Positions 49,122-58,574 of a DNA stretch of 64,000 bases are shown here, piece after piece (within the stretch, counting starts at the first letter, position 1; the number at the start of each line of letters is the position of its first letter). This DNA comes from Nitrososphaerota archaeon (GTDB lineage Archaea > Thermoproteota > Nitrososphaeria_A > Caldarchaeales > Calditenuaceae): the NCBI GenBank assembly GCA_041641295.1, contig JBEPYO010000001.1, positions 224,001 to 288,000 on the forward strand. The letters are read 5' to 3'. The notes under the pieces are model-generated. The model saw nothing but the letters and a program-made list of their open reading frames with translations, searched no databases and had not been told where the DNA came from. Both the position numbers and the translations under genes were made by a program.

Positions 49122-49181
49122 CTTTCGCGGGGGTGAATGATGAATTAGGGCTGATATATGCGTTTTTGGCGGGGCAGCTGG

Positions 49182-50291
49182 CTATATTGTTAGGAGATGT
49201 ATGTTGCCAATCTCAACCCTTTTTAGATGTCTTGTCGCCGCTCTATAGCACTCTATGACCTGCTTCCAAGGGGTTATCGGTAGGTCGTCCATCATGAAGT
49301 GGGGGTAGAAGACTAGGAGGCTGTAGGGTATGGTCTCGTCGAGGGAGGCTATGAACTCGGCAATGGCCGAGACCTCTGCGGCGTCAACATAGCCTGGGAC
49401 AAGCAACGTTGTTGCAGCCAAGACCGGTAGGTCAGGCCTCTTATCGTAGAAGGATCGGTGGACCATTTCAAAGTTTTCCAGTATCCTCTTGTTGTCGAGG
49501 CCTGTTAGTGCTTTGTGGATGTTGGGGTTGAAGGCTTTGAGGTCGAATTTGACATTCCCGCCGCTCTCCAAGACTGTCTCGACAGCCCTCCTAACTAGGG
49601 ATGGGTTGCCGTCTCCATTCCACTCATAGCAAATCCTCAACACTCTTCCAGCTGGTTTCTCCTCATGAACCCTCCTAGAGGCCTCTATTGCGAAGGGGAG
49701 TTGAGGCTCGGGCGAGCCGCCGAACCAGCACCAGCAGGAGATTCTATCGTTCGATAGCGTTAGGTTGACAATCTCTTCCACGGACACGTGTGGCGCCTCC
49801 TGCACGTTTTTATGTGACCAGTTCTGGCAGAAGAGACAGTTCAGGCCGCAGCCATAGAAGAATAGGGCGAGGTTGTAGTATCCAAGCTCTGGGCCGATCC
49901 TACACGCGTATTTTGGATAGCCAGCCCCTGTCCCGGCTGGGCAGAAGTATGCGTTGCAACAATTGGTTACGTGTGGGTCGAGATAGTAGTGGAGGAGGGC
50001 CTTTCCATGCGGAGCCAGCGTATACATCTTGCCTCCGCGGTTTCCACGTATTCCGCAGTAGCCGACCTCGCCCTCACCAATGATGCATCCCGCTGCGCAG
50101 AGGCTGCAGGGTATGCCTCCTCGAGTCTTCGGAGGAGTGGGGGGTAGCCCGAACCGTCTCCTACTCAGAAGATGCCCCTGCATCGCTATCTCAAGGGCCT
50201 CCTCAGGCCTCTCCCTCAAACATCTGACGCAGACCTTCAACCCCCTCGAGACCGGGAGCCCGCCTGAGCAGAGAGCGCAGCTTATCGACAA
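49182..50291 (-). CDS. Radical SAM protein (PflA-activase/AmmeMemoRadiSam-like) with extra N-terminal Cys clusters
   Basis: CGLNCLFCQN CxxxCxxC; GGSPEP; FDLKA; N-terminal CxxC motifs. Confidence 0.9.
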   Translation of the reverse strand: MSISCALCSGGLPVSRGLKVCVRCLRERPEEALEIAMQGHLLSRRRFGLPPTPPKTRGGIPCSLCAAGCIIGEGEVGYCGIRGNRGGKMYTLAPHGKALLHYYLDPHVTNCCNAYFCPAGTGAGYPKYACRIGPELGYYNLALFFYGCGLNCLFCQNWSHKNVQEAPHVSVEEIVNLTLSNDRISCWCWFGGSPEPQLPFAIEASRRVHEEKPAGRVLRICYEWNGDGNPSLVRRAVETVLESGGNVKFDLKAFNPNIHKALTGLDNKRILENFEMVHRSFYDKRPDLPVLAATTLLVPGYVDAAEVSAIAEFIASLDETIPYSLLVFYPHFMMDDLPITPWKQVIECYRAATRHLKRVEIGNIHLLTI

Positions 50292-50432
50292 AAGGCTCCC
50301 CTGTTTAACATTTAAGTGAGCATCATTAAAAAATGTTGGCCAGCTATTGTGGGGTTCCTTTCTAATTAGTTTGTCATCAATCTCAACAGTTCTGTCGGGA
50401 GGCGTTCCTGATCGTGTGGCCGCCTTTATGCG

Positions 50433-50729
50433 CTAGGTCTTTTTCTCAGACAGCTTTTCGACAAATTCTCTAGTCTGTATTGCGGGGAGGCTTGTGATTT
50501 TCACGGTTCCACGGCTTCCGAGCCTAACGGAGAGTTTAGCCACTGTCGCATCGTCAGGAGCCTCAATAATTGTTACAAAATCATACGGTCCCAAGACGGC
50601 GTATTGGTCGATTATCTTTATGCCCATTGCTTCGACCTCTCTGTTAACCTCGAGAATTCTTGCAGGGTTTTTGCTGATCGTCTCCAATCCTTCACACGTC
50701 ACATTTGAGAGTAGGATGTATCTCGGCAC
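50433..50729 (-). CDS. GYD-domain protein
   Basis: YAVLGPYDFVTIIEAPD signature. Confidence 0.9.
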   Translation of the reverse strand: MPRYILLSNVTCEGLETISKNPARILEVNREVEAMGIKIIDQYAVLGPYDFVTIIEAPDDATVAKLSVRLGSRGTVKITSLPAIQTREFVEKLSEKKT

Positions 50730-50885
50730 GTCTAGATGGTGTGGGGCATCGTATTTATAGGCTCTGGGGCGCCAGACCGGGTGTTTGTACTGGTTTTCAG
50801 CCTCAGCATAGGTATGATGCCATCTTTGGTCGATGAGTCAAGAATATATATCGTGAGAGGGTTTATGAAGGCGTAGGCCTAGAGG

Positions 50886-51212
50886 GTGCGAGAGTTGGGC
50901 TGGACTCTGAGCCGTGAGCCAACCCCTATCTGCAACCCACTCTGCAGGTTTTTCCGCTGCAAGAAGATGCTCTCAGCCGGGAGATTTGCCCTAGACATAC
51001 ATAGAGACCCGCCCTGGTGCCACTGGGTCAACGCCCCCTGCATCGGCTATAAATGCCCCTACGCAAGCTGCGTCCAAGTAAAGCTACTCCCAGACGGCAG
51101 GTGTGGAATATTCGTGAAGAGGAAGACGGAGGAGAAGATGCCTGAAGAGGTTGTACCCCGGCTAGGGCTGACGGACAAGAGCAGAAAGAGATTGGAGGAC
51201 TTGGGGCTTTAG
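50886..51212 (+). CDS. Small Cys-rich putative metal-binding protein
   Basis: CNPLCRFFRC...CHW..APCIGYKCPYASC...GRC. Confidence 0.7.
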   Translation: MRELGWTLSREPTPICNPLCRFFRCKKMLSAGRFALDIHRDPPWCHWVNAPCIGYKCPYASCVQVKLLPDGRCGIFVKRKTEEKMPEEVVPRLGLTDKSRKRLEDLGL

Positions 51213-51239
51213 CCCCGCCGCCATCCTCCAGAGGCGATA

Positions 51240-52028
51240 TTGTTTTTAGTTCGGGGAGATGTTAGCGATATCTGGGTCGATGGCTTGATCCAGATCATCC
51301 CTGTTGAGGGGATGAAAATTATAGCGCCGGGGGATAGGCTGGGGGTTGAGATTGTAAATGCTTTAGCGGGGCGCGGGATTCGGCCGGTTGATGGAGACAT
51401 AGTCGTGGTTAGTCATGTGGTGGTTGCAAAGGCGGAGGGCAGAATATACCGGCTCTCAGAGATAACGCCCAGCCCCCAAGCAATAGAGCTGGCCCGCATC
51501 ACTAACAAGGACCCAGCACACATAGAGGTCATTCTGAGAGAGGCGAAAAGAATAGTCAGGGTCAGGGGCGAGGTCTTGATCACCGAGACTAGACACGGCT
51601 TGATATGCGCGAACAGCGGAGTAGACCTCTCAAATGTAGGCGAGGGGTGGGCGGCTACACTACCCGAGGACCCTGACGCCTCTGCAAGAAGAATCAGGAA
51701 AGAAATCGAGGAAGCTACTGGCGCGAAGGTTGCGGTGATAATTTGTGACTCGCATGGCAGACCGTTTAGACGCGGAGCAGTGAACATCGCGATAGGTTGC
51801 AGCGGCATCGAGCCGATATGGGATAGGCGCGGAGAGCCCGACCTCTTCGGCCGCATACTCAGGAGTAAGCAGATCTGCGTAGCGGATGAGCTGGCTTCTG
51901 CAGCTGAGCTGGCCATGGGGCAGGCGGGTGAGGGAATACCTGCCGTACTCATACGCGGATACAAGTATAAGACAGGTGAGACGGGAGCCTCTCAAATAAT
52001 TAGGCCCAAGGAGGAGAGCCTATTCTAG
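51240..52028 (+). CDS. cofE: Coenzyme F420-0:gamma-glutamyl ligase (true start probably a little downstream)
   Basis: VAKAEG, ANSGVDLSN, LPEDPDASA, DSHGRPFRRG, ADELASAA. Confidence 0.94.
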   Translation: MFLVRGDVSDIWVDGLIQIIPVEGMKIIAPGDRLGVEIVNALAGRGIRPVDGDIVVVSHVVVAKAEGRIYRLSEITPSPQAIELARITNKDPAHIEVILREAKRIVRVRGEVLITETRHGLICANSGVDLSNVGEGWAATLPEDPDASARRIRKEIEEATGAKVAVIICDSHGRPFRRGAVNIAIGCSGIEPIWDRRGEPDLFGRILRSKQICVADELASAAELAMGQAGEGIPAVLIRGYKYKTGETGASQIIRPKEESLF

Positions 52029-52047
52029 GCCTTTTGACCGAGGCTAG

Positions 52048-52767
52048 ATGAGGCGAGACAACATGCCCGCGCTAACCACCATAGACTTGAGAGTCTTAAG
52101 AGCGGTCCTGAAACACAACACCATCAATCCGTCAACAATATCCCTTGAGACTCAACTAGCTGAGGGGATAGTTAGAGAAGCTCTACAACGCTTGGGCTTA
52201 ACGGGGGAGGGTGGACTAAATAGGGATAGAATGGTGGAGGTGGCAGTAGAGTGGCTGGAGAAGAACCGGTCCTTCGAAGAGGTTTCCAAAAGCCTTACGT
52301 GGGACCTTTTCGAGACCCTCATAGCCAGGATATTGGAGGCGGCAGGCCTGTACGCTAAGAGAAATATCACGGTAACCGTCGGTAGAAGGAGGGCTCAGCT
52401 GGACGTGATTGCCTTGAGAGATTATACCGTGTATCTGCTCGAGTGTAAGAGGTGGATGAGGAGCGTGTCGGGAAGCCTAGCCCAGACTGAGGCTAAAAAA
52501 CTGAGGGAGAGGGCTGAGATCTTCTGCCAAGCCCTCTTAAAACTCCACGGCACGGGGCCAGTTACACACTATGTAGTCCCTGTACTAGTCTCGCCCTACG
52601 CATCCCCCACCGTCTCTGATGTATTCATATCCCCCTTCAGGTCTCTGGTCAGCCTCTTCTCTGAGCATCCTGCAACACTCCCCTCACCCCCCACCACCGT
52701 ATTGAAACTAGGGCGAAGACTATCGCCCCAACACCTGGATTCTGGGAGGATAAAGGCCGACCCCTAA
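52048..52767 (+). CDS. HTH + PD-(D/E)XK (Mrr/NERD-like) endonuclease-domain protein
   Basis: W..FE...L, QLDVIA, LECKRW. Confidence 0.8.
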   Translation: MRRDNMPALTTIDLRVLRAVLKHNTINPSTISLETQLAEGIVREALQRLGLTGEGGLNRDRMVEVAVEWLEKNRSFEEVSKSLTWDLFETLIARILEAAGLYAKRNITVTVGRRRAQLDVIALRDYTVYLLECKRWMRSVSGSLAQTEAKKLRERAEIFCQALLKLHGTGPVTHYVVPVLVSPYASPTVSDVFISPFRSLVSLFSEHPATLPSPPTTVLKLGRRLSPQHLDSGRIKADP

Positions 52768-52838
52768 TAGACAGGCTGCAGCGTTAAACAATCTACTCAT
52801 TTAAACACATATATAATGAGGCGAATACGTATTGTTGG

Positions 52839-53417
52839 ATGCAGATGTACCGATCCACACTCTCCGTTAATGGTGAGATAGCTAAGGAGCTGCTTGCACT
52901 GGCTAAGGAGAAGAACATGACTTTATTCGCCCTCACCAACCAGATCCTCGAGACAGCGATACTTCTTATGAAGATGGGTGTGGATTTTCAGGCGTTAAGA
53001 AACCTTGTGAGTGTGTTGAAGATTTTGAGGGATGTTGATGCAGTAGTCATACCATCAGACTTTCTCGACAAATTGATCTACGAGCTTTACAAGAATAATC
53101 AAAAGGAGCTTCTAAACTCCTTCAAACAGCTCGGAATGGAATTGGCCGAATACTTCAAGCTAGAGGCGATGGATATTGAGAAGCTAGTCACTCTAGCCCA
53201 GACACTCTCAACCCTCCTACCCCTAAAGAGGGTTAGTCTGCGACGGCTCAACCACACAACATACGAGCTGAGCGCCGTCGGCGTCGGAGGTAGGATCGAG
53301 TCCACAAACTGTGTCTACCACTTCATAGAGGGCGTGCTAGAAAAGTACGGACTCGAGATCCAAGACAAGACCATCAGTAAGGGCCTAGTTAATGTAAAGT
53401 TCGCTGAGAAGTTTTAG
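52839..53417 (+). CDS. Hypothetical protein with N-terminal ribbon-helix-helix-like segment
   Basis: RSTLSVNGEIAKELLALAKEKNMTLFAL; TATATAA box upstream. Confidence 0.65.
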   Translation: MQMYRSTLSVNGEIAKELLALAKEKNMTLFALTNQILETAILLMKMGVDFQALRNLVSVLKILRDVDAVVIPSDFLDKLIYELYKNNQKELLNSFKQLGMELAEYFKLEAMDIEKLVTLAQTLSTLLPLKRVSLRRLNHTTYELSAVGVGGRIESTNCVYHFIEGVLEKYGLEIQDKTISKGLVNVKFAEKF

Positions 53418-53442
53418 CCTCTGCTCCTCCCACCACAGTTTA

Positions 53443-53865
53443 TTAGACCGCTACCCTGTGGGCGCCTATAATGTCTAGCAGAGCCTTAATACAGTTTCTT
53501 TCAGTTATTATACCCTCAAGCATTCCATTACTTATTACTGGAACTCGTCTAATATTTTTCTCAACCATCTTGGCTAGCACTTCAACGAGTGGTGTTTCAG
53601 GTGTGCAAGTAATGAGTTCTTTACTCATCACGTCCCTGACTAGGGTGGAGAGGAGGTCTTCAGGCCCCTTCCCCCATAGCAGGCTTCTCAGAATGTCCCT
53701 CTCGGTTACTATGCCCACAGGCCTGTTCCCTTCCACGACAACTAAGGCACCAATACCCCTAGACATCATGAGTTCTAGGGCGGTCCAAGCGGTATCGTCA
53801 GGCCGAACGGTGACTACGAAAGGATTCATTACATCCTTTGCCTTAATTATATGCTCCCCAACCAC
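53443..53865 (-). CDS. Tandem CBS-domain protein
   Basis: KDVM, GALVVV, GIVTERD, RRVPV, GIITE. Confidence 0.92.
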   Translation of the reverse strand: MVGEHIIKAKDVMNPFVVTVRPDDTAWTALELMMSRGIGALVVVEGNRPVGIVTERDILRSLLWGKGPEDLLSTLVRDVMSKELITCTPETPLVEVLAKMVEKNIRRVPVISNGMLEGIITERNCIKALLDIIGAHRVAV

Positions 53866-53950
53866 TTCAATAATGGCACACTAGGGAGGCTTAAAAAGAT
53901 TCTCTGCCACGATTAATTTAAGTAGGGAGACCCACAGGGGTAGTGGACAG

Positions 53951-54790
53951 ATGCATGTTAGGGTCGCGCTTATCCAGATGAGGATGTCAGAGGACGTTGG
54001 AAAGAATATTGAGAGGGCTATGCTCTTCCTCGAGGAGGCCGCCAAGGATGGGGCGGATATTGCCTGTCTACCAGAGCTATTCACCACAACTTATTTTCCT
54101 CAGACACTCGGTGTCGAGGCCCCCCACTGCGAAGAGGTTCCGGGCAGATTGTCGGAGACTATATCGGAGCTGGCGAGAAAGCATGACCTTGTAGTCGTGG
54201 CAGGCTCAGTACCAGAGTCAAGCGGCGGCGCCCTGTATAACACGTCCTTTGTCATTGACTCGGCCGGACGATACGTGGGCAAGTACAGAAAGATGCATCT
54301 CCCGGACGATGAATGCTTCTGGGAGGCCCACTACTTCACAGCAGGCGACCTAGGATACAATGTATTTGAAACATCTCTCTGTAGGGTTGGTGTGCTGATC
54401 TGTTATGACCAGTGGTTTCCTGAGCCAGCGCGGATACTCGCTCTAAAGGGTGCGGAGATTATCTTCTACCCCTCAGCCATCGGCTCAGTCTCGGGAATAT
54501 CTCAGGAGGAGGGAGACTGGGCTGAGGCTTGGGAAACCGTCCAGAGAGGGCATGCGATAGCCAACGCACTGCCCGTGGCCGTCACCAACCGCGTAGGGGT
54601 GGAGGGCAGGATAGAGTTCTGGGGCAGGTCACTCCTCATAGATGCTTTCGGAAAAGTTGTAGTCAGAGCTGACAGGGAAGAGGGCGTCTTCACAGGCAAG
54701 ATAGACTTGGAGCAGGGGCCGGCCATCAGGAGGGGCTGGGGCTTCCTTTCTAAGAGAAGGCCCGAGACCTATGGTGATTTAACGCGATGA
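53951..54790 (+). CDS. aguB: N-carbamoylputrescine amidase (carbon-nitrogen hydrolase)
   Basis: LPELF, YRKMHLP, ICYDQWFPE, YPSAIG, HAIAN; adjacent to agmatine deiminase. Confidence 0.88.
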   Translation: MHVRVALIQMRMSEDVGKNIERAMLFLEEAAKDGADIACLPELFTTTYFPQTLGVEAPHCEEVPGRLSETISELARKHDLVVVAGSVPESSGGALYNTSFVIDSAGRYVGKYRKMHLPDDECFWEAHYFTAGDLGYNVFETSLCRVGVLICYDQWFPEPARILALKGAEIIFYPSAIGSVSGISQEEGDWAEAWETVQRGHAIANALPVAVTNRVGVEGRIEFWGRSLLIDAFGKVVVRADREEGVFTGKIDLEQGPAIRRGWGFLSKRRPETYGDLTR

Positions 54791-55830
54791 CACGAGGCGA
54801 GGGGGATAGGTTGAGAGCCCCCGCAGAATGGGAGAGGCATAGCTGCACTTGGATTGCCTGGCCCCACAACGAGTCGACCTTTCCACCCCAGCTGATTGAG
54901 AAGGTTGAGGAAGCTTACTGCGAAATGGTCTACGAGGTCGCGAGAGGTGAGCTCGTCAAAATCCTCGTAAATGACGAGAGTGAGGCAGAGAAGGTTCAGA
55001 AACTCCTAGAAGAGGCTGGACCCTCGATGGGGAATGTGGAATTCCATAAAGTCCATACAGAGGATGTCTGGGTAAGAGATTATGGACCTATATTCGTTCG
55101 GGATGAGGGCTTGGATGTTCTAGTAGGCGTCAAGTGGAAGTTCAACGCGTGGGGAATGAAATATCCTGAACTCGCAAAAGATGACGAGGCCGGACGCCAA
55201 ATTCTCAACCTCTCAGGAGCCGAGCCCATATACCGCGAATACGTGGTTGAGGGAGGAGCTATTGAAGTCTCGGGCAACGGGATACTTCTAACCACTGAGA
55301 AATGCCTCCTCGACCCAGCCAGAAACCCGGGGCTAAGCCGGGAGGACTTGGAGCTGGAGTTCAACAGATATCTCGGAGTACGTGATGTAATTTGGTTCGA
55401 AGAGGGGCTGGTGGGGGACGACACGGATGGGCATGTGGATGTCTTCTGCAGATTTGTCTCGCCGGAAAAAGTCGTGTTAGCCGAGGAGGAACGGGAAAAT
55501 GTGAATAAGAGGATTCTTGAGAGGGCGTACCGGAGACTCGCCGAATATATGGAGAGTAGGGAGGCCGGTATAGAGATTGTGAGGGTTCCATGCCCACCTC
55601 CTCTCAAGATATTAGACCAATACGTCCCCGCCACCTATCTCAACTTCTACATCTCCAACTCCGCCGTCCTGGTACCGGTTTTCGGCGTGGAGGAGGATGA
55701 GACAGCGTTGTCCATCCTAGCCGACTGCTTCCCCCATAGGCGCGTAGTCGGGATTCTGTGCAAGGAGCTTTTCTACGGTTTGGGCGGGATACACTGTGTT
55801 ACGATGCAACAGCCCTCAATAGAGGGTTGA
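54787..55830 (+). CDS. aguA: Agmatine deiminase
   Basis: PAEW, WVRDYGP, FNAWG, EGG, DDTDGHVD, YLNF, GGIHCVTMQQP. Confidence 0.93.
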   Translation: MTRGEGDRLRAPAEWERHSCTWIAWPHNESTFPPQLIEKVEEAYCEMVYEVARGELVKILVNDESEAEKVQKLLEEAGPSMGNVEFHKVHTEDVWVRDYGPIFVRDEGLDVLVGVKWKFNAWGMKYPELAKDDEAGRQILNLSGAEPIYREYVVEGGAIEVSGNGILLTTEKCLLDPARNPGLSREDLELEFNRYLGVRDVIWFEEGLVGDDTDGHVDVFCRFVSPEKVVLAEEERENVNKRILERAYRRLAEYMESREAGIEIVRVPCPPPLKILDQYVPATYLNFYISNSAVLVPVFGVEEDETALSILADCFPHRRVVGILCKELFYGLGGIHCVTMQQPSIEG

Positions 55831-55836
55831 AAATTC

Positions 55837-56556
55837 CTAAGAAGAGAATGTGACGAGGCTCTTTAGTACGCCGGAGGGTGGGAGGAGCTGCCCAATCCTC
55901 TCTTTCACCTCCTCGAGCATCACGATTGTGAAGACACCAGCCAGTTTTGCCCCCGCCCTATTCACTATACGAATCATTCCATGGATTGTTTCACCGCTAC
56001 GGGCCACGTCGTCAACAATCAATACAACGTCGCTCTTCCTCAAAGCCTGCCTAGGCACGTAGAGGTACTCCACCAGCGCTGGCGTACGCTTTATCGGCTC
56101 CTCAATGTAGCTCTTAACGTTCAGGTCCTTTCTCTTCTTAGCGATTATTAGGTCGGCCCTCAACTCGGTGGCAACTTGGACCGCAAGTGGTATGCCGTCA
56201 GTGGCTACGGTGAGCAGCTTGTTTATTGAGAAGACGTTGAACTCGGCGCTTACTACCTTTGCGATGAGGCGGAGCAGACCCACATCCGCTACTATGGCGG
56301 ATAGGTCGTAGAATCCATCCTCCGTTCTGGTCAGCCTCTTCTTTACTATCTCGGAGAGCAGGGACTCGTTGAATAGCCTGACAATCTTCTCGGCCCTAGC
56401 TGTGTTTGGTAGGACATGACCGTTTATGTATCTGCTGAGAATAGAGACTTGGAGGCCGAGCATCTCGGAGAGCGACTTGTATCCATACCTCTCCCGAAGA
56501 TAGGCTAATACCTCAACTGCGCTTAGCCTCAGATACAAGTCCGAAATCTTTGTCAA
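55837..56556 (-). CDS. HTH + phosphoribosyltransferase protein (PurR-like archaeal regulator/PRTase)
   Basis: LSRYING.VLP HTH; ATDGIPLA; VLIVDDVARSGET PRPP loop. Confidence 0.87.
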   Translation of the reverse strand: MTKISDLYLRLSAVEVLAYLRERYGYKSLSEMLGLQVSILSRYINGHVLPNTARAEKIVRLFNESLLSEIVKKRLTRTEDGFYDLSAIVADVGLLRLIAKVVSAEFNVFSINKLLTVATDGIPLAVQVATELRADLIIAKKRKDLNVKSYIEEPIKRTPALVEYLYVPRQALRKSDVVLIVDDVARSGETIHGMIRIVNRAGAKLAGVFTIVMLEEVKERIGQLLPPSGVLKSLVTFSS

Positions 56557-56669
56557 CCACCGACCGACTCATCATGAAACTCGGATTTAAGCTTTCATGA
56601 AATACTGGTCAATTCGCAGAGAACACTATACTCGAAAGATAATTATGCTGCCTGATTCTTAAAAAATGT

Positions 56670-57575
56670 GTGAAGTTAGAAGGGTTCAAGGGTGTAATAG
56701 CCGCGATCATTACCCCTAACGGCGTCGAAGATGCGGATATCGAGGCATATCTGAGGTTTCTACATGAGAGGGGTGTGGGCGGGATATTCGTGCTGGGGAC
56801 GATGGGTGAGGGCGCGAAGCTCTCAGTCCAAGCTAGGGAGAACGCGGCTAAAAAGATCGTCTCTCTCGCAGGGGACAGATTCTTAAAAATAGTTCACGTG
56901 GGCTCTTCAGACTTGGAATCATCCTTGAGACTCGCTAAACACGCGCAAGAAATCGGGGCCGATGCCGTCTCCGCCGTCGCACCATACTATTACAGGTATG
57001 ATGCGGAATCCCTAGCAAATTTCTACACGGCTCTCGGATCCTCCACAAATCTACCAGTACTATTCTACAACAACCCCGGCAGGCAGGCCTACCCGATAAG
57101 TCTTCAGGAGATTGCGAGGCTTTTCGAGCTGGCCCCAGCTGTACGAGGCGTCAAGGATAGCAGTGGAGACCCTGACCTGATTCTTGAGCTCCAGTCCAGC
57201 TTCGGGTCCAGCCACTTCATAGCATGTGGTGGAGACAACCTCCTCTACTACGCTTTCTCGATCGGCATCAGGGCCCACGTGAGCGCCTTAGCATCCATCT
57301 ATCCGGAGCTGGCCGTGGGTGTCTTTAGGGCGGTTGCGCGTGGAGACCGCGAAGAAGCGCTGAGGCTTCAGCTGGCCGTTAACAGGGCTAGGCGGTTGTT
57401 GAGGAGCGTAGGGCCGGACACGGCATCCTACCGCTACGCACTCACACTGAGAGGCTTAAACATGGGTCCACCCATACCGCCCACGAGGCATCTACGACAG
57501 GAGGAGATGGAGCAACTGTCCCGGGGGCTCGCTCCCATTAACAAGTTGGCGGAGGATGTGGCTAGACTTGGCTGA
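56670..57575 (+). CDS. DHDPS/NAL-family aldolase, likely 2-keto-3-deoxy-(6-phospho)gluconate aldolase
   Basis: GTMGEG, PYYY, YNNP, GVKDSSG Schiff-base Lys; overlaps kdgK. Confidence 0.82.
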   Translation: MKLEGFKGVIAAIITPNGVEDADIEAYLRFLHERGVGGIFVLGTMGEGAKLSVQARENAAKKIVSLAGDRFLKIVHVGSSDLESSLRLAKHAQEIGADAVSAVAPYYYRYDAESLANFYTALGSSTNLPVLFYNNPGRQAYPISLQEIARLFELAPAVRGVKDSSGDPDLILELQSSFGSSHFIACGGDNLLYYAFSIGIRAHVSALASIYPELAVGVFRAVARGDREEALRLQLAVNRARRLLRSVGPDTASYRYALTLRGLNMGPPIPPTRHLRQEEMEQLSRGLAPINKLAEDVARLG

Positions 57576-58521
57576 GCTAGTCGCGATGGGGGAGGCCCTC
57601 ATACAGTTTAACGCCCTCACCAAGGGACCGCTTAGACACGTTACTTTGTTTGAGAAGCACGTTGCAGGAGCAGAGGCGAACGTGGCGGTCTGCGTGAGCA
57701 GGCTGGGAAGGAGCTCAGCCTTCATCGGAAGAGTAGGTGATGACGAGTTCGGCAGGAACATCGAGGCCTGGCTGAGGGCTGAGAAGGTCGATACGAGGTG
57801 GCTTAAGACGGATCCCAGCGCGCCGACTGGAATCTACTTTGTGCAGCGAGGATACCCAATACCGGCAAGAAGTACCATGTTTTATTACAGGCGCGGCTCT
57901 GCCGGGAGCAGGCTCTCGCCGGAAGACGTCGAGGAGGAGGCGTTTAAAGACTCGAGAATATTTCACTTCACTGGAATCACACCTGCGCTGAGCCAGTCGG
58001 CGAGGGAGGCGTGCCTCAAGGCCCTGCAGCTGGCGGAGAAAAACGGTGTCCAAGTCTCCATAGACACCAATATCCGTCCAGCCTTGTGGCCCAGCCTAGA
58101 GGAAGCTGCTAGGGTTTTGATGCCAATGATTGAGAAGGCGAACATTCTTTTCACAGACCCGACAGACGCCGAGATTCTGGTGGGTGAGAGCGAGCCCGAG
58201 AAGATATTGGAGGTCTTTAGAAGCCTCGGCATAGAGACTGTAGTGGTAAAGCTGGGGGAGAGGGGGGCTGTTGCCGCATCTGGAAGTGAGAAGGCTCGTG
58301 CCGAGGCAGTCCAAGTCAACGTAGAAGACCCCATAGGCGCTGGAGACGGGTTGGCTGGGACGTTCCTAGCATGCTTGCTGGCGGGCCGAAACCTGTTCGA
58401 ATCCTTGAGAAGGGCCACTCTTGTCGGCTCACTAGTCACTACCGTGAGAGGTGACCAAGAGATGATTCCCATACTCAAGGACCTTGAGGCCGTCTACCGA
58501 TACTACTATCCCTATCCCTGA
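57556..58521 (+). CDS. kdgK: 2-keto-3-deoxygluconate kinase (PfkB family)
   Basis: AGAEANVA, YYRRGSAGS, GITPA, DTNIRPALW, DPIGAGD. Confidence 0.88.
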   Translation: MWLDLAELVAMGEALIQFNALTKGPLRHVTLFEKHVAGAEANVAVCVSRLGRSSAFIGRVGDDEFGRNIEAWLRAEKVDTRWLKTDPSAPTGIYFVQRGYPIPARSTMFYYRRGSAGSRLSPEDVEEEAFKDSRIFHFTGITPALSQSAREACLKALQLAEKNGVQVSIDTNIRPALWPSLEEAARVLMPMIEKANILFTDPTDAEILVGESEPEKILEVFRSLGIETVVVKLGERGAVAASGSEKARAEAVQVNVEDPIGAGDGLAGTFLACLLAGRNLFESLRRATLVGSLVTTVRGDQEMIPILKDLEAVYRYYYPYP

Positions 58522-58574
58522 ACACGAGCCTCGCGGCGACTAAAAATAGTCGTCTAACGTTTTTCACCACAGAG

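Noticed and set aside
49124-49144. Resemblance to the tRNA-iMet 3' end (possible att site)
   Set aside because: Inverted orientation, short and gapped; not a direct repeat
49137-49154. ATGATGA...CTGA resembling C and D boxes
   Set aside because: Only 7 nt between the boxes, no second box pair, and it lies in the methyltransferase promoter region
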